A stretch of DNA of 63,209 nt, the filler included, from Phoronis australis (taxonomy: Eukaryota; Animalia; Phoronida), in NCBI GenBank assembly GCA_002633005.1. It is 6 parts of 6 records of this genome, joined end to end, with 100 filler letters (N's around TTAATTAATTAA, not from the genome) between each part and the next. Parts side by side here need not be neighbours in the genome. Positions count along the whole stretch, not along the records: positions 20,699 to 50,125 come from NMRA01001293.1; 5 more parts are not named here. One strand, 5' to 3'. Positions 36,240 through 49,210 of the stretch are shown in pieces. The translations under genes and the position numbers were made by a program. The notes under the pieces are model-generated. The model was not told the origin of the DNA. It worked only from the letters and a program-made list of their open reading frames with translations, and did no database searches. Numbering within the stretch: position 1 is the first letter of the stretch; each line of letters starts with the position of its first letter.

Positions 36240-38577
36240 GTGTAGCAGCAAATAATACATCATCTACTTCAGCATACGGCTTAGAAACTGGAACTACAAA
36301 GGATAATAGTCTATCGTCCACAAAAGCTTCAGCGGCATCAACCACGTCTACGAACGAAGCTACATCTGGAAGTAGAATAGATGCTAGTCTATCAACCACA
36401 ATAGCTTCTGCGACATCAACCACATCTACGGACAACACTACATCTGGAAATACAATAGCTTCAGCGGCATCAGCCACCTCTACGGACGATGCTACATCTG
36501 GAAGTACAAACGATGCTAGATTATCAACCACAAAACCTTCAGTAACATCAATCACCTCTACGGACGACGCTACATCTGGAAGTACAAATGATGCTAGCTT
36601 ATCAACCGCAATTGTTTCAGCGGCATCAACCACCTCTACGAACGACGCTACATCTGGAAGTACAATAGATGCTAGTCTATCAACCACAATAGCTTCTGCG
36701 ACATCAACCACATCTACGGACAACACTTCATCTGGAAATACAATAGCTTCAGTCGCATCAACCACCTCTACGGACGATCCTACATTGGAAAAGACGAAAA
36801 GTGATAGTCTATCAACCACAAAAGCTTCAGTGGCATCAACCACCTATACGGACGACAATACATCTGGAAGTACAAATGATGCTAGCTTATCAACCGCAAT
36901 AGCTTCAGCGGCATCAACCACCTCTACGAACGACGCTACATCTGGAAGTGCAATAGATGCTAGTCTATCAACCACAAAAGCTGCAGTGGCATCAACCACC
37001 TCTAAATACGATTCTACATCCGGAAGTGCAAACGATGTTAGCTTATCAACCCCAATAGGTTCAGCGACATCAACCACCTCTACGAGCGACGCTACATCTG
37101 GAAGTACAATAGATGCTAGTCTATCAACCACAATAGCTTCTGCGACATCAACCACCTCTTCGGACGATGCTACATCTGGAAGTACGAATGGTGATAGTCT
37201 ATCAACCACAAAAGCTTCAGCGGCATCAACCNNNNNNNNNNNNNNNNNNNNNNNNNNNNNNNNNNNNNNNNNNNNNNNNNNNNNNNNNNNNNNNNNNNNN
37301 NNNNNNNNNNNNNNNNNNNNNNNNNNNNNNNNNNNNNNNNNNNNNNNNNNNNNNNNNNNNNNNNNNNNNNNNNNNNNNNNNNNNNNNNNNNNNNNNNNNN
37401 NNNNNNNNNNNNNNNNNNNNNNNNNNNNNNNNNNNNNNNNNNNNNNNNNNNNNNNNNNNNNNNNNNNNNNNNNNNNNNNNNNNNNNNNNNNNNNNNNNNN
37501 NNNNNNNNNNNNNNNNNNNNNNNNNNNNNNNNNNNNNNNNNNNNNNNNNNNNNNNNNNNNNNNNNNNNNNNNNNNNNNNNNNNNNNNNNNNNNNNNNNNN
37601 NNNNNNNNNNNNNNNNNNNNNNNNNNNNNNNNNNNNNNNNNNNNNNNNNNNNNNNNNNNNNNNNNNNNNNNNNNNNNNNNNNNNNNNNNNNNNNNNNNNN
37701 NNNNNNNNNNNNNNNNNNNNNNNNNNNNNNNNNNNNNNNNNNNNNNNNNNNNNNNNNNNNNNNNNNNNNNNNNNNNNNNNNNNNNNNNNNNNNNNNNNNN
37801 NNNNNNNNNNNNNNNNNNNNNNNNNNNNNNNNNNNNNNNNNNNNNNNNNNNNNNNNNCAAACGACGCTACATCTGGAAGTACAATAGATGCTAGTCTATC
37901 AACCACAATAGCTTCAGCCGCATCAACTACCTCTGCGGACGATACTACATCTGGAAGGACGAATGATGATAGTCTATCAACCACAAAAGCTTCAGTGGCA
38001 CCAACCTCCTCTACGGACGACGCTATATCGGGAAGCACAAAGGATGCTAGTCTATCGACAACATTAGCTTCAGCTGCATCAACCACTTCCGAGGACGATT
38101 ATACATCTGGAAGTACAAAGGACTCTAGTGTATCAACTACAACCGCTTCAGCAGTATCAGTTATCTTTACGGACCACTCTACATCTGGAACTACGAATGG
38201 TGATAGTCTATCAACCACAAAAGCTTCAGGGGCATCAATAACCTCTACGAACGACGCTACTTCTGGAAGTACAAATGATGCTAATTTATCAACCACAAAA
38301 GCTTTAGCGACATCACCCACCTCTATGGAAGACTCTACAACCGCATCAACCACTTTTGAAGGCGACTTAACTTCTGAGATTACGACTGGTGATAGTCCAT
38401 CATCTACTGTACCTGGTGTGTCCTCCACGGAAACGTTTAGTGCTTCGACATCTGATGGCGGTTCAACTCCCTCAATTTCCTCACTTGTCAGTTCCAGTAC
38501 AGCAAAACCAAGCCCCACTAAACTATCAAGCACCACTACGTCGAAACCACTGACTCCTTCAAAAAATGTTATATTAG
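36240..38577 (+). CDS. Transmembrane mucin exon 2: Ser/Thr/Asp/Ala-rich tandem repeat domain (26-aa/78-bp unit); contains N gap 37232-37857
   Basis: ttttag acceptor, open frame either side of the gap, unit SGSTNDASLSTTIASAASTTSTDDAT; G|gtttgt donor, phase 1. Confidence 0.88.
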
Positions 38578-40257
38578 GTTTGTAATAAGTTCTTTGATAT
38601 TTCTGTGGACAGACCAGTGTCTTACTCATTGCCGCGATGATAAGACTGATATTTCTCGAACAAACATTCCATCGCTTTAAACTTATTAGGCTAAAATTTC
38701 TTTGTCTGAACTGAAATATTTTGTCTCATCGGCGATCCTTTCGTGAACGTCCGCGAGCAATTCCTGAAAACATTTGACCTCAACCTATTGAAAGAAATGA
38801 TCGCGAGTATTGCTACACTTGTGTGTAATCCATGTAGTTTTTTGGAAAATTCTGAAATTTGGGGCGCACTCATTTCGAGTTGACTTCTTTGTAAAATTAC
38901 CTCTTTCTTTGCCAGCCTTTTATTTCTTTGCTCTACTAAGTCAGAAATTATTAGAGCTGTCACATCCTACAACTAAAGATCCAGGTGTGCTTAAGTGTAA
39001 AGTATTGTTTCCCATCACATCGTTTAGATGCCACCAAGTTATCTCTGATGTCACTGGATGGCCTTCAACTGACAGTTATCCCCCAGTGCGTTTAAAAAAA
39101 CACATCAGTGACTTCATGGAAGTTTTGTCGTAGATAAAAAACCCAAAAGAATTCACAATAACACGAGAAAAGCTTTAGACGGCACAATTTTAGGGTTGAA
39201 CAAGTCGTAGAAGAATTGTGGTAACACTGTCTGGTTTTTGAGACCAGATTCAGGCACGTGAAATTTTTCTGGGACATTGATATGCTAAAATTTGCTGTTT
39301 TAAAAAGGTACGTGCCGCAATTTTAAATTAGAGACAAAGGTGGTGTTTAATAACAACAATTAAAACACAATAGACGACTTACTTTCTATGATTTTCAAGC
39401 GTACTCTTTCTCTGGTTCCGCGTTTAATTTTAATTTGTTCCATTTAACCGTAGCAGTCAGTATGAGACTCGGCTGTTGTGCCTTGGCTCATCCTGCGTAC
39501 AAAAGTCATGCCCGCATGTTGACTTAATTTGCAGGCACCAGTATGTGTTCCGCACACCTAGCTTCTTGCGATAAGGACAAGACCTCGCAAGTCATTGCAG
39601 AACCAAAGTGAAAATTGAGTCTATCCTAGCAAAAGGATGGCCACTGAAGTGACTTAAAGGCGAGGTTGATGTGTTGAATTATGGGAGTAAATTCGCTGTC
39701 TCCGTTTCATAAGGGACTTTTAATCTCCGAGTGCAAACTACATCTATTTTATTGTTATCTAACGAACTCATCCCAGGATTGTTGTCAAAATTACGAGAAG
39801 TGTTCGTAAACAATTCAAATGGACTTCAATGATCAACCTGGTTCACCGTGAAATACACATGCACAGTATTTTGCACCAATCAGCTTTAGAGATTCCCAAA
39901 AGTGACGCTTGGATATGCAATTTAGGACAAGTTGTTTTCCATGAAATTTGTGTATTAAACCACCTAATACTTGTTTACTGAGATGTCCCGTGTCTGGGTT
40001 GAGCATGATAAATGCGTGGGAAATCCTATTTTGATCGCCTGTTGTGCTTAAACCAGCGGAACAATTCAACGTAATTTCCAAACCGTGAGAAGTTACATGA
40101 AAAAAGCATGCTCGCATTTTACTTTGCCTTTCATGGAAGGAGCTCCAGTTTATAACTCTCAGTTTATCAGACTACCAGTTAGGAACAGAATTTACAAATG
40201 TATTTATACTTAACAGGATCAAGTGTGCAGGAACTATATTTATGTTTCCTTTCACAG

Positions 40258-40373
40258 GAGATACAAAGGTGAACGTCTCGACAGATTTCAAGCTCGACGG
40301 AACATTTAATACAACCCTTCGCAACGACCTGTCGCCTCTTTTTAAGATTTACAAAAACGACATTGAGAAAAAG
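40258..40373 (+). CDS. Transmembrane mucin exon 3: SEA domain N-half (GDTKVNVSTDFKLDGTFNTTLRNDLSPLFKIYKNDIEKK)
   Basis: ttcacag/gttaga, phase 1 to 0; SEA pattern F...L....S..F. Confidence 0.85.
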
Positions 40374-40679
40374 GTTAGAAACGATTGATTAACGATTACT
40401 ACTGATTTTCCATAGAACTATTTTATAAAGAGAATAGTCTACTAAGTGAATTTGTTATACTTTTGTGGATGACCGAGGTCTTAATTACAATGTTTGTGCA
40501 AATGCAATGTGATAGAATTAATACTTCAATTTATGGTGGAGATTGCCTGCACGGCATTACACATGGGATTTAGTCTTTTCTATATCCACTATTTTCGTAG
40601 TAAGAATCTAATGTGTACCAATATGTTTAAACGGTGTTTATCATTCCGATACACATCAACGCTATACGTATCGTTTCAG

Positions 40680-40971
40680 TTGTTCAACCAATTTAAAAAC
40701 TCGATTCCATCTATAGAGGAAGTCATCGTCTTCAGATTTGAAAACGGCAGCATCAAAGCTTTGTATAAGTTGGTATTATCGCTGAAGACACTTCTGGAAA
40801 GCGCGGGAAGTAATTTTGTCTCTGGCATTCCGGACAAAGACGGTCTGAAAAAACAATTACAAAGGATTTCGAACGTTGTTCAAAACCTGTCTGGGGAATT
40901 TCAAGTCGACGGAAAGAGCATGTCAGCATTATCAGCAACAGAGATTGACGTAGAAAAATATACTGAGCAAG
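40680..40971 (+). CDS. Transmembrane mucin exon 4: SEA C-half with FENG/SIKA
   Basis: tttcag/gtaaag, phase 0 to 1; VIVFRFENGSIKALY resembles the SEA autocleavage motif FxxG/SVVV. Confidence 0.88.
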
Positions 40972-41109
40972 GTAAAGTATTGCTTTATTTAAACACAAAG
41001 CACTTACTCAGTTTCATATACAATATCAGATCCTTCCGTGTTCTTGTAAAATGATTTTGAAAGGATTTGATTAGCGTTTTGAAGTTGTGCCCTTTACCAT
41101 TTTCATCGT

Positions 41110-41151
<42 letters not shown>

Positions 41152-41770
41152 TTGTTTCCAAACCTCATTGTCCCGATTTGTACAATGCCAATATCAACAC
41201 AGATCCAGTTATGCATTTTAATTTCTTCACTCGAAACCTTTATTGAATCTTAGGCATACTGTGCTGCCCGATATTGGCGTGTAAATATTATCTGAATTAA
41301 AACGAGAGCAAATGAAAGCTTACACAACATTCCAGATTTGTTACACGTAAGTGTCGTCCACAGTGCTTTAAAGGGATTATACTTTTGAATTGTTGAAGAG
41401 TTTTACGCAATGAAGGTTAATTTATTGTACAGGTCACTCCAGGCTTTCAATGAGCACTAAGAAAATCAGTCTGACGTAAAGAGGTTGAAGTTAAATCAAA
41501 ATGGACTATAGCGACGACAAGGGGTTTAAAATTTTCAAGTGAATATTCTGAGTTATCCAGGAAGCCTAACTGTAAAAGACGCAACAAATTCTTGTCCTAA
41601 AGGCGATTGCACACACAGTACAAATTTCTTTCTCAAGCGATTTAGTAAAGTACAAAGTAATGTCATTGGCAGTCAAGGAAAACGTTCCCAATACTATCAA
41701 ACCAGTATTTACAGATTGGATATTAGACATGCCAATCTAAATTTTAACAAAATCCATGGTCAACTTTTAG

Positions 41771-41951
41771 TTTTGCAATCCCTCAAAAGTGTCTGCAAGG
41801 AAGAAGGTGGTTGTCCGAAAGGTTACGAATGCGTTACGTATAGAGACGGAGTATCGTACTGCAATGGAGAATGTTTGCTATATAAAGAGGGTATCTGCGC
41901 CAGTGACGGGGCTGTGTGTCATTTGAACGTATCGCATCAGCCGGAATGCAG
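41771..41951 (+). CDS. Transmembrane mucin exon 5: Cys-rich/EGF-like region
   Basis: ttttag/gtacga, phase 1 to 2; CKEEGGCPKGYECV...YCNGECL...ICASDGAVCHLNVSHQPEC. Confidence 0.88.
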
Positions 41952-42390
41952 GTACGAAAAGATGTATCTGATACACAAGTGGGTCACTCGTTTCGTATTA
42001 TGTCAGTGTGGTAACTTGTTAGTGAGACTCATGTTGACAACTGGGTTGAACCAGTGGGATTTTTAAATCCCACTGTAAATTAGGGCACAATTAAATATAA
42101 GACATTGTACGTAAATAATCAGATGGAATAATATACCATGTCTGTATTGAAAGTAATTTATGTGATAACTCAGATGAAGGCCGAATCAAACCACATGTGG
42201 CAGAGAACTCGTATAAGATAACATTTCAATAAATAGTCCGACGAAAGTCTTAAACTTACGGCGACTGTATTGGAGAGCAAAAAAGTGATGGATCAAATGC
42301 ATTATCAAGCAAATGCGTGACATCTACGCACTCTGATGACACAACTAAGAATAACATTTATCTACATTTGTTAGAGCCTTTTTCTTTCAG

Positions 42391-42561
42391 GTGCGGTCCC
42401 GATTTCATCCAAATGAACGCCTTCAACGACAAATGTCAGTCGAAAACGACAGTTATAGCTTTCATTTGCGGAACAGCAGGAGGAATACTCTTCTTGGTAA
42501 TTTTCATTGTAAGCCTCGCCTGTGGAATCAAGTTGAGGAAGGCGAATAGATATAAGCAAGG
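42391..42561 (+). CDS. Transmembrane mucin exon 6: end of EGF-like domain and TM helix
   Basis: ctttcag/gtgagt, phase 2 to 2; RCGPDF...DKCQ then VIAFICGTAGGILFLVIFIVSLACGI and basic KLRK. Confidence 0.9.
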
Positions 42562-42774
42562 GTGAGTCATTTTTTCAAATTTCAGACGAAAGCGAACAGA
42601 CGAATTCGACCAGTGTTGCCCCTACGTGGAACAAACTTTTGGGTATTATTGACAACAATTGCCTATACAATGTCAAATGATGTTTCTTTTAGAAATAATG
42701 TATGGGGAAATAATATAATGGAATAATGTAATCTAGTGAAACAGATTTTACATGCTTGCTTTTTATGTTGACAG

Positions 42775-42865
42775 CATCAACGATAATGTGAGCATAGCTT
42801 CCGATGACCTTTACCATCTACGGCTGATGCGAACGGAAAGAGAGATTAACGATTACGATAATGAG
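42775..42865 (+). CDS. Transmembrane mucin exon 7 (cytoplasmic; INDNVSIASDDLYHLRLMRTEREINDYDNE)
   Basis: ttgacag/gtttgt, phase 2 to 0, open frame. Confidence 0.72.
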
Positions 42866-44261
42866 GTTTGTTTTCTGCAGCCTGATGCTAGTCAGCTCTA
42901 GAGCTCTCCGCCGACGTAGTTTCCTGCAAAGAAAACAAGATCTCGCAAAACCCCGCAAAATCTCGCGAATGAAAAGCAAACGTTTTGCGAACATGCTCCT
43001 GAGCCTACCAGCTTGGCCTAGTGTCGGCAATTGGAATGATTGGGCGATGATATAGACGCATTGAGATAAGGAAAGCAATCCATCGCTTATTGGATACAAT
43101 GCAATGTTTCTTTCCCACAAGCGAGGATCTGTGGCTGCAACTGCAAGCTTATGTCTCATTTCTACGGAACTCGGCAGAGTTCATTGTTGTATATACATGT
43201 ACGACGAAACATGGGGTAACGAAAACCGTGTTGTGATAAAACGCTTCAATGTTACTCACCAAAACACCTGCCTCCCTGATTAATTCACCAGGAACTTTGG
43301 TTTCCAAGACGGTTTTCATTCCATAATTAGATTAGTTTCTGATGTTACAAAAATCTCCAGATACAGATGAATTGTATTGCCTGACAAAAAGTTCGCCAAT
43401 GCCTTTCTTGTTTTAATGTCATTGTAACCCCGGGCATTATTGTCGAGAGAAGACGTTTATTCTCTACTTGGAATCGAGCCCAAGGCCCCTGCAGTCGAAA
43501 TCAGACTTTCTGTTGGCGGAGCTAATACTCTTCAATAAATGACAGAGTGTTTTAAGCGTGTGCAATCAAAGATATGCGTAATGCCGGTGCATCAATGAGA
43601 CAGGCACAAACGTTGTAGCTTTTCTCCATTGTGACATAGAAATTCAAAAACCGCCTGACACTTACGACGTATGAAATCATTTCTGGTCGATAACGACCTT
43701 TTGAAACATTTTATAGCCTGGATTTTTGACAGAGTTATCTCGCTTCACAGTACTCGTATGCAAATGGTGGCGCAGTTTTTATCGTATTAAGTAGCCGACT
43801 GCACTTGTAGTATATGTAGTCGTAAGGTAGGGAAACTCACATTGGAATCAGCATGATTGCACTGTGCAACGTTTTCAAGTCCTTGGCCCATACATTCGTC
43901 ATATGTTTAGATTTTCTACATTCTGTGAAAAAGAGGGATATCCTTTGTTGACGTGATTTATCAAGATCAAAAATAACGAATGTTTTAATAGCGTCTTTCT
44001 GCCCTAAATCCATTCTACCCCTTTGAGAAAGGGTTTATCACAGGTCAAGTGATGCATAAAATTTTCAAACACATTTCCAGGTTACAGCAGTGCAACTTGC
44101 TACTCGACAATTAAGGGTGAAAGAAGAGAAGAATAGAAAACATTTACAGCGATAATGACAGTCGTTGCAAATTTTATTGATATATCTGAGCAAGTTTCCT
44201 CTCTCTGCACTCAATAAGTACCAGCCTGAGTTCTAAAGACGTGCTTTTTTATTTCATTCAG

Positions 44262-44342
44262 GGATACATGACGGATAGAACGTCTTCTACCAAGGATGAA
44301 CGTTTTGTAGTGAACCTTGCTAGTGTGGACACTACGACATCG
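44262..44342 (+). CDS. Transmembrane mucin exon 8 (GYMTDRTSSTKDERFVVNLASVDTTTS)
   Basis: cattcag/gtaagt, phase 0 to 0. Confidence 0.8.
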
Positions 44343-45303
44343 GTAAGTTAACATTTACATTTGTATGATCTTGAGACAATTAGCCGTTTAATCAGAGGTA
44401 AGAGATATGTATTAACACTCATGTCGACTTTTTGTTCATGTTTATTTTATAAATTTTCTTCAACTGAAGCATTTGTATTCCTTCCCAAATCATAGTGAGA
44501 CAGAACAAATTTCCAAACTGAATACATAAAGCATTGCATTGACACCAGCTTTATGTCAGAGTATTGTTAAAAATTTAAATGTTAGCGTAAAAACGAAGTG
44601 TAAAACACGACCGTTTGTTGAGCCTAACGCACGGCGTCCTGCTACCACTGCCATAACTTACATTATTAAAATTACAAAGTTTGCAGGTTATACAGTACTC
44701 TAGACAAATGCTCAAATTTGACTAATCGTATCTCATGAACGGTTGATCTACTAGATTTGAAATGGAACTTTCAAGTACTATGTATTGTGTACTGCTCTAG
44801 CAAACTCTGCGAGGAATTGTTCTAAAAATGATCTACTTAAGCCCCACAAATTAGGAAACAGGATTTTTGTGAAAAAACAAAAGCTGCACAACACGAAAAC
44901 GAAGAGATAATTTTTAAAAAAATTATCACCTTTTTTGAAAGTTCGTCTTGAATGGACATTTCTTTTCTGCTACGTTTACGAAAACGACATGGGTCTAGTG
45001 CCGCAATCAATGTCTATGAAGTCAAATATCAAGTTCCGTATACTTTCTGATTTCAGAAATCATATTCTGTAACTAGGTTATATTTCATGATTTTGTAGAT
45101 ATTGGGCTGGATGTAATGACATCTGGATAAGGTCCTACATCACTTAAATCTACATTGTATCACTTTAAGAATGAAATCTAATTTTCATAAAGCTAATTTC
45201 CAATCATTTACTAGAGACCCTATGATATATAGATTTGTTGTCGTAAAATTTTTAACAAGCAGTGTACACTGATCATCCATTGTTACCAAAAATCTTGTTT
45301 TAG

Positions 45304-45492
45304 TTTAAAATCCAACGACCGGAAGTCAGCAGTGTGCCCATAGGAGTGCATGCACAGAATGCTAACAACAAGCGATTGTCCACTGTCTCGTCAACGGGGA
45401 AACGGCCAAGCTTTAAGGAGAAAAGGAATTCAATTGACGAATTTAATACCGAACCAGAATCACAAAACTTTGTGGACTACTCTGCAAAATAG
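45304..45492 (+). CDS. Transmembrane mucin last coding exon (FKIQRPEV...VDYSAK*)
   Basis: gttttag acceptor, phase 0, open to TAG at 45490-45492; completes the VDTTTSFKIQRPEV motif. Confidence 0.8.
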   Translation, partial: FKIQRPEVSSVPIGVHAQNANNKRLSTVSSTGKRPSFKEKRNSIDEFNTEPESQNFVDYSAK

Positions 45493-48400
45493 CAAGCCTT
45501 TACAGATGTGAATTCGTAATAAATTACGAAACTTATTTTACTTCAGAGTGGAAGGCGCATTTGATTGAAAGGAAGGATACTGGTGTAAATATAACCGCAT
45601 GCAGAAATCATTCTTGTCTAACATCCATTGTGGCCACCATCTCGTCAATTGGTGTGTGATGGCACGTTCAAACATTCTAGGCTTCATTTATTGGGATGGA
45701 AGCGTGTATGATGGCACCTGGTGACATACTCTGGTTCATAATTTGGTGACAATTGAAACATGCTAGTCTCTTCGAACTTCGCAAAATGTTTTAATTGACC
45801 GCCAGGGAATGATGTATTTATTTACAACATTTGTTAGGAACACAGAACATGGAGGTCACCTCTTTCACGTAGATGTTAGTTGCCAAGAAATGACACCACT
45901 TTTCTACTACAGGTATCTGGCTTATTCAAAAGCTATAGACAATGCTTTTCAGAAAACTACTTGTTGGGGTGCTGATGTAATTTAAACATGTTTAAAATGT
46001 CTGTTTGAACAGATTTTATCACATTTGTATTGTCATGGTGTTCTTAAAAGTGCTTATCATTGATCACCACTAGTTTGCCACATACTCAAACTTTTTTCTA
46101 AGGAAAAAGTAATAGCTGAAAAGGGCTGGATAAATGACAAACCGAAACGTCGTGTATAAGTTGATGTAAATAGACCAATATTTTATGAGACGACATTAGT
46201 GTCTTTCAAGAAAGTATGATTTAAAGGGTTCAAGGTACTCCTGGTAAATGGCTGAGCAATATTGAACCACCCCCATGGAACCACATTACTGTCGTGTGTA
46301 CAATACCATACATTTAAAGCTGTGCTTGAATTGTTTTAGTTGTTTATAACCTTATAGATTCGTACTTAACATTCGTGTACAGGATACCACAAATATAGTG
46401 ACATTAATAGTAAGTTAGGTGAACAGGGGAAGAGCGCTTCTGTGCGTGTGACTAGCAAAGACGTTTGATGTGTTTCATGTATAATTTAGACCTAGCAGAA
46501 AATGTGAACGGTCTTTTGATGTCTTATTTTCTAGCAAAGGTGACTAGCGTGCGTTTGGATATGTTTGAGAGTGTTTTGTTTGTATTAGTTTTGTACTTAA
46601 GTATTGAGTTTAAAAGGGCACACTCTGTCATAGGACTGAAACTGCTTATTATATATTTTTGTTGGGCTTCTTGAAGCTATCAAATTTCTTAGTTTTGTTT
46701 GATGTCCTACAAATCGCCAAGCTTAGCTTTCAATAATCACTTATTCCAAAAAATCTATGGCTAAATTTCGCCTACGTTTGACTTCATTTTTATAAAATTT
46801 GACAATCAAAATTAAAATAACTTCAAATATAAGGTAAATGGTACTTGGTATCCCGAGCAAGCTTTCAAGAACAGAAAAAGACTATTTCAGAAAATTTGAG
46901 AGTGCCTTTAGTTTTATTTCAAACTCAGTAACCTCAGCTGTTCGTACAAACTACAAAATTCACACAATTGAAAATACCTTACCCAATATCAGAGCTCGTC
47001 AAAAAAAGGCCTAAATAATTTCTTTCCTAAATTTTGTGAGTATCAAGAACCGGATTCGATTCTGTGAATAATTCGATTGCATGCGTCTAACAAATTTTCG
47101 AACTTCGGCACCTTTCTTCAGTTAAGTTAGGAGGGGAGGAGGCAGGGTAGAATATTAGCCAGGATTTTGCTGTCAGATATTAGAACCCCCAAACTGCCAA
47201 ATGGAATCTGGGAGAAGTTTAGTGGGGGCCATGGCCACCTTGGGTCTCATCTAAATTCGCCTCTGTTACTGTATTTCACATGTAACCATCACATTAAAAA
47301 TACATTTGTATTGCCAACAGTTTTCACAGTTATAATTGTTGTTACAAAACGGATAATTAACGAGCAAGTATATACGAGCCACGCTGGGGCTACAGAGACG
47401 AATAGTTTCAAAGTAGCCTGCCTGTGGATGCTTACTACGGTATACATGTCGTGGAAGCATTTTTAACGATTCAAGACTTATAAAATATTCGACTGCTCAG
47501 CATTATCTAGTTGCAGCAATAAGTTTTCAGCACTTTAAACCTTCAAGTGTTACTCTGCTGCTAATTCACTAAAAAGCATCTTTATGAAGCTGCATTTTCA
47601 TACCGAAGAGATTGTAGCATGTGACGAATACCAAAGAACGGAAATACAAGAGGTATTATATTTTCGCAAAACTACGTTCACTAAAACACTAACATTGTAA
47701 TGTTCGTTAAAACGAAGACTTTCAAATACACATAAGCTCACCTCATTACATCAGCAAAAGACAGAACACAGGAAAACACCAAATGTGCATGTCCAGACAC
47801 TCGTTTGGCAAAACGTAGCTGCGCATAAGGTAATAGTAATATCATCAAAGTCATGGCTTTCAAATCCACTTCCTTTTTTTAACAAAACCACCGACAAAAA
47901 CCCCACGTAGACAAAATTTTATTTAGCTAGTCTGCAATTGCAATTAATATAATATTATAAACAATAAATTGGATAATTGAAATTTTAGTTGATTTGTTGT
48001 AAAGCCAAACTTACTGATATGGTAACTTTAAATGATCAAAACGATCGTTATGCCACAGAGAAAAACGGTTACTTTAAATTTATTGTTCAGAAACTAAGGT
48101 AATACACTTGTGTGACATGCATTGATTTCAATGCACATCATTATGAACAACATGTTTCTAGTGTGAAACTATGTAACGACACTATGAATTACAACATAAC
48201 AAGATTTTGTAGCAAAGACAGTGCGCAGAGGCGTGAATCGGAAAGTGGCATGCTACGCTAAGTCGTGTGGCGTTTGTAATCCTTTAGTTTCTCAAATAAG
48301 ACTTTTGTGAAAATGCATGACAAAAAGAAACAATATTTTGGTAAATTGTAACAGCATTTTTTGAGATTTTATCTATAACATCTATAACATACGGGAACTC

Positions 48401-48798
48401 TCCATGTAATTGAGTAATTTACCCTTTTGTTTTGGTAAATTTTCCTAACAAAACAAGGGCACGTGACCTGACATAATTAACGTTAAAAGTTGAATTTTGC
48501 AGAATTACTACTTTCTGAAAATTAATACTTTGCTCACTTAATTGGTGCAGTTTTGTAAATGTCTATGTAAATTTAGACTGGTCATTAAGGTTCATAACTT
48601 CAAAACATAACCAATGAATTAGTTGTACACGGTGATGACGTAACACTATCAACACAGCGCATGAGGCTGTTGGGGCATAAATTGTATTTCATGAACGTTT
48701 TTGACAAAGTAAATGTTCGAAAAATCAAATTGATCCATATTGTCGTGGATATTGCTTACAGAAATTCATATTAAATGCAATGTTCGTCCACAGGCGTC

Positions 48799-49210
48799 CT
48801 CAGCTTATCATCGTTCCCAATATCACAAGGTATGACACTCGGGACTAGAAATTCTACGGGTGCTTTAATTCACAGAACTCAATAAATACTACAAAAACAG
48901 GGGTTCAACAAACCATGAGCAATTGTTCTTTCTTCTAATACCATTTACGGTGTCCTGCTCCAGCGAGTTCGCAAGAAATTTGCGGTCAAAGCACAAACGC
49001 AGCGAACACGCTGGAGCAGAATACCGTAAATATCATTAGAAGAAAGAACAATTGCTCATGGTTTGTTGAACTCGTTTTGTGTAAATTCATTGAGTTTTGT
49101 GTTTGACATGGAAGGCTGAATTGAAGCACCCGTGGAATTTCTAGTCCCGAGTGTCAAACCTTGATTGTATATATATATAAATAGTGTATTGGGGACGATC
49201 AGAAGCTGAG
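48799..49210. mobile_element. ~410-bp foldback/palindromic MITE
   Basis: Arms such as GACACTCGGGACTAGAAATT / AATTTCTAGTCCCGAGTGTC and TTCAACAAACCATGAGCAATTGTTCTTTCTTCTAAT / ATTAGAAGAAAGAACAATTGCTCATGGTTTGTTGAA; ~30-nt central loop at ~48973-49001. Confidence 0.85.

Noticed and set aside
37232-37857. Apparent frameshift in the mucin repeat exon
   Set aside because: It falls in an estimated-length N gap, so it is not evidence of pseudogenisation.
36172-38629. Long antisense ORFs (VVDAAEA... repeats)
   Set aside because: They mirror the Ser/Thr repeat codons; splice sites and domain context support only the + strand.
42168-42240. CAGATGAAGGCC...GGCAGAGAACTCG...AATAAA, reminiscent of a Penelope hammerhead
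   Set aside because: Both catalytic boxes are mismatched and stem II pairs poorly.
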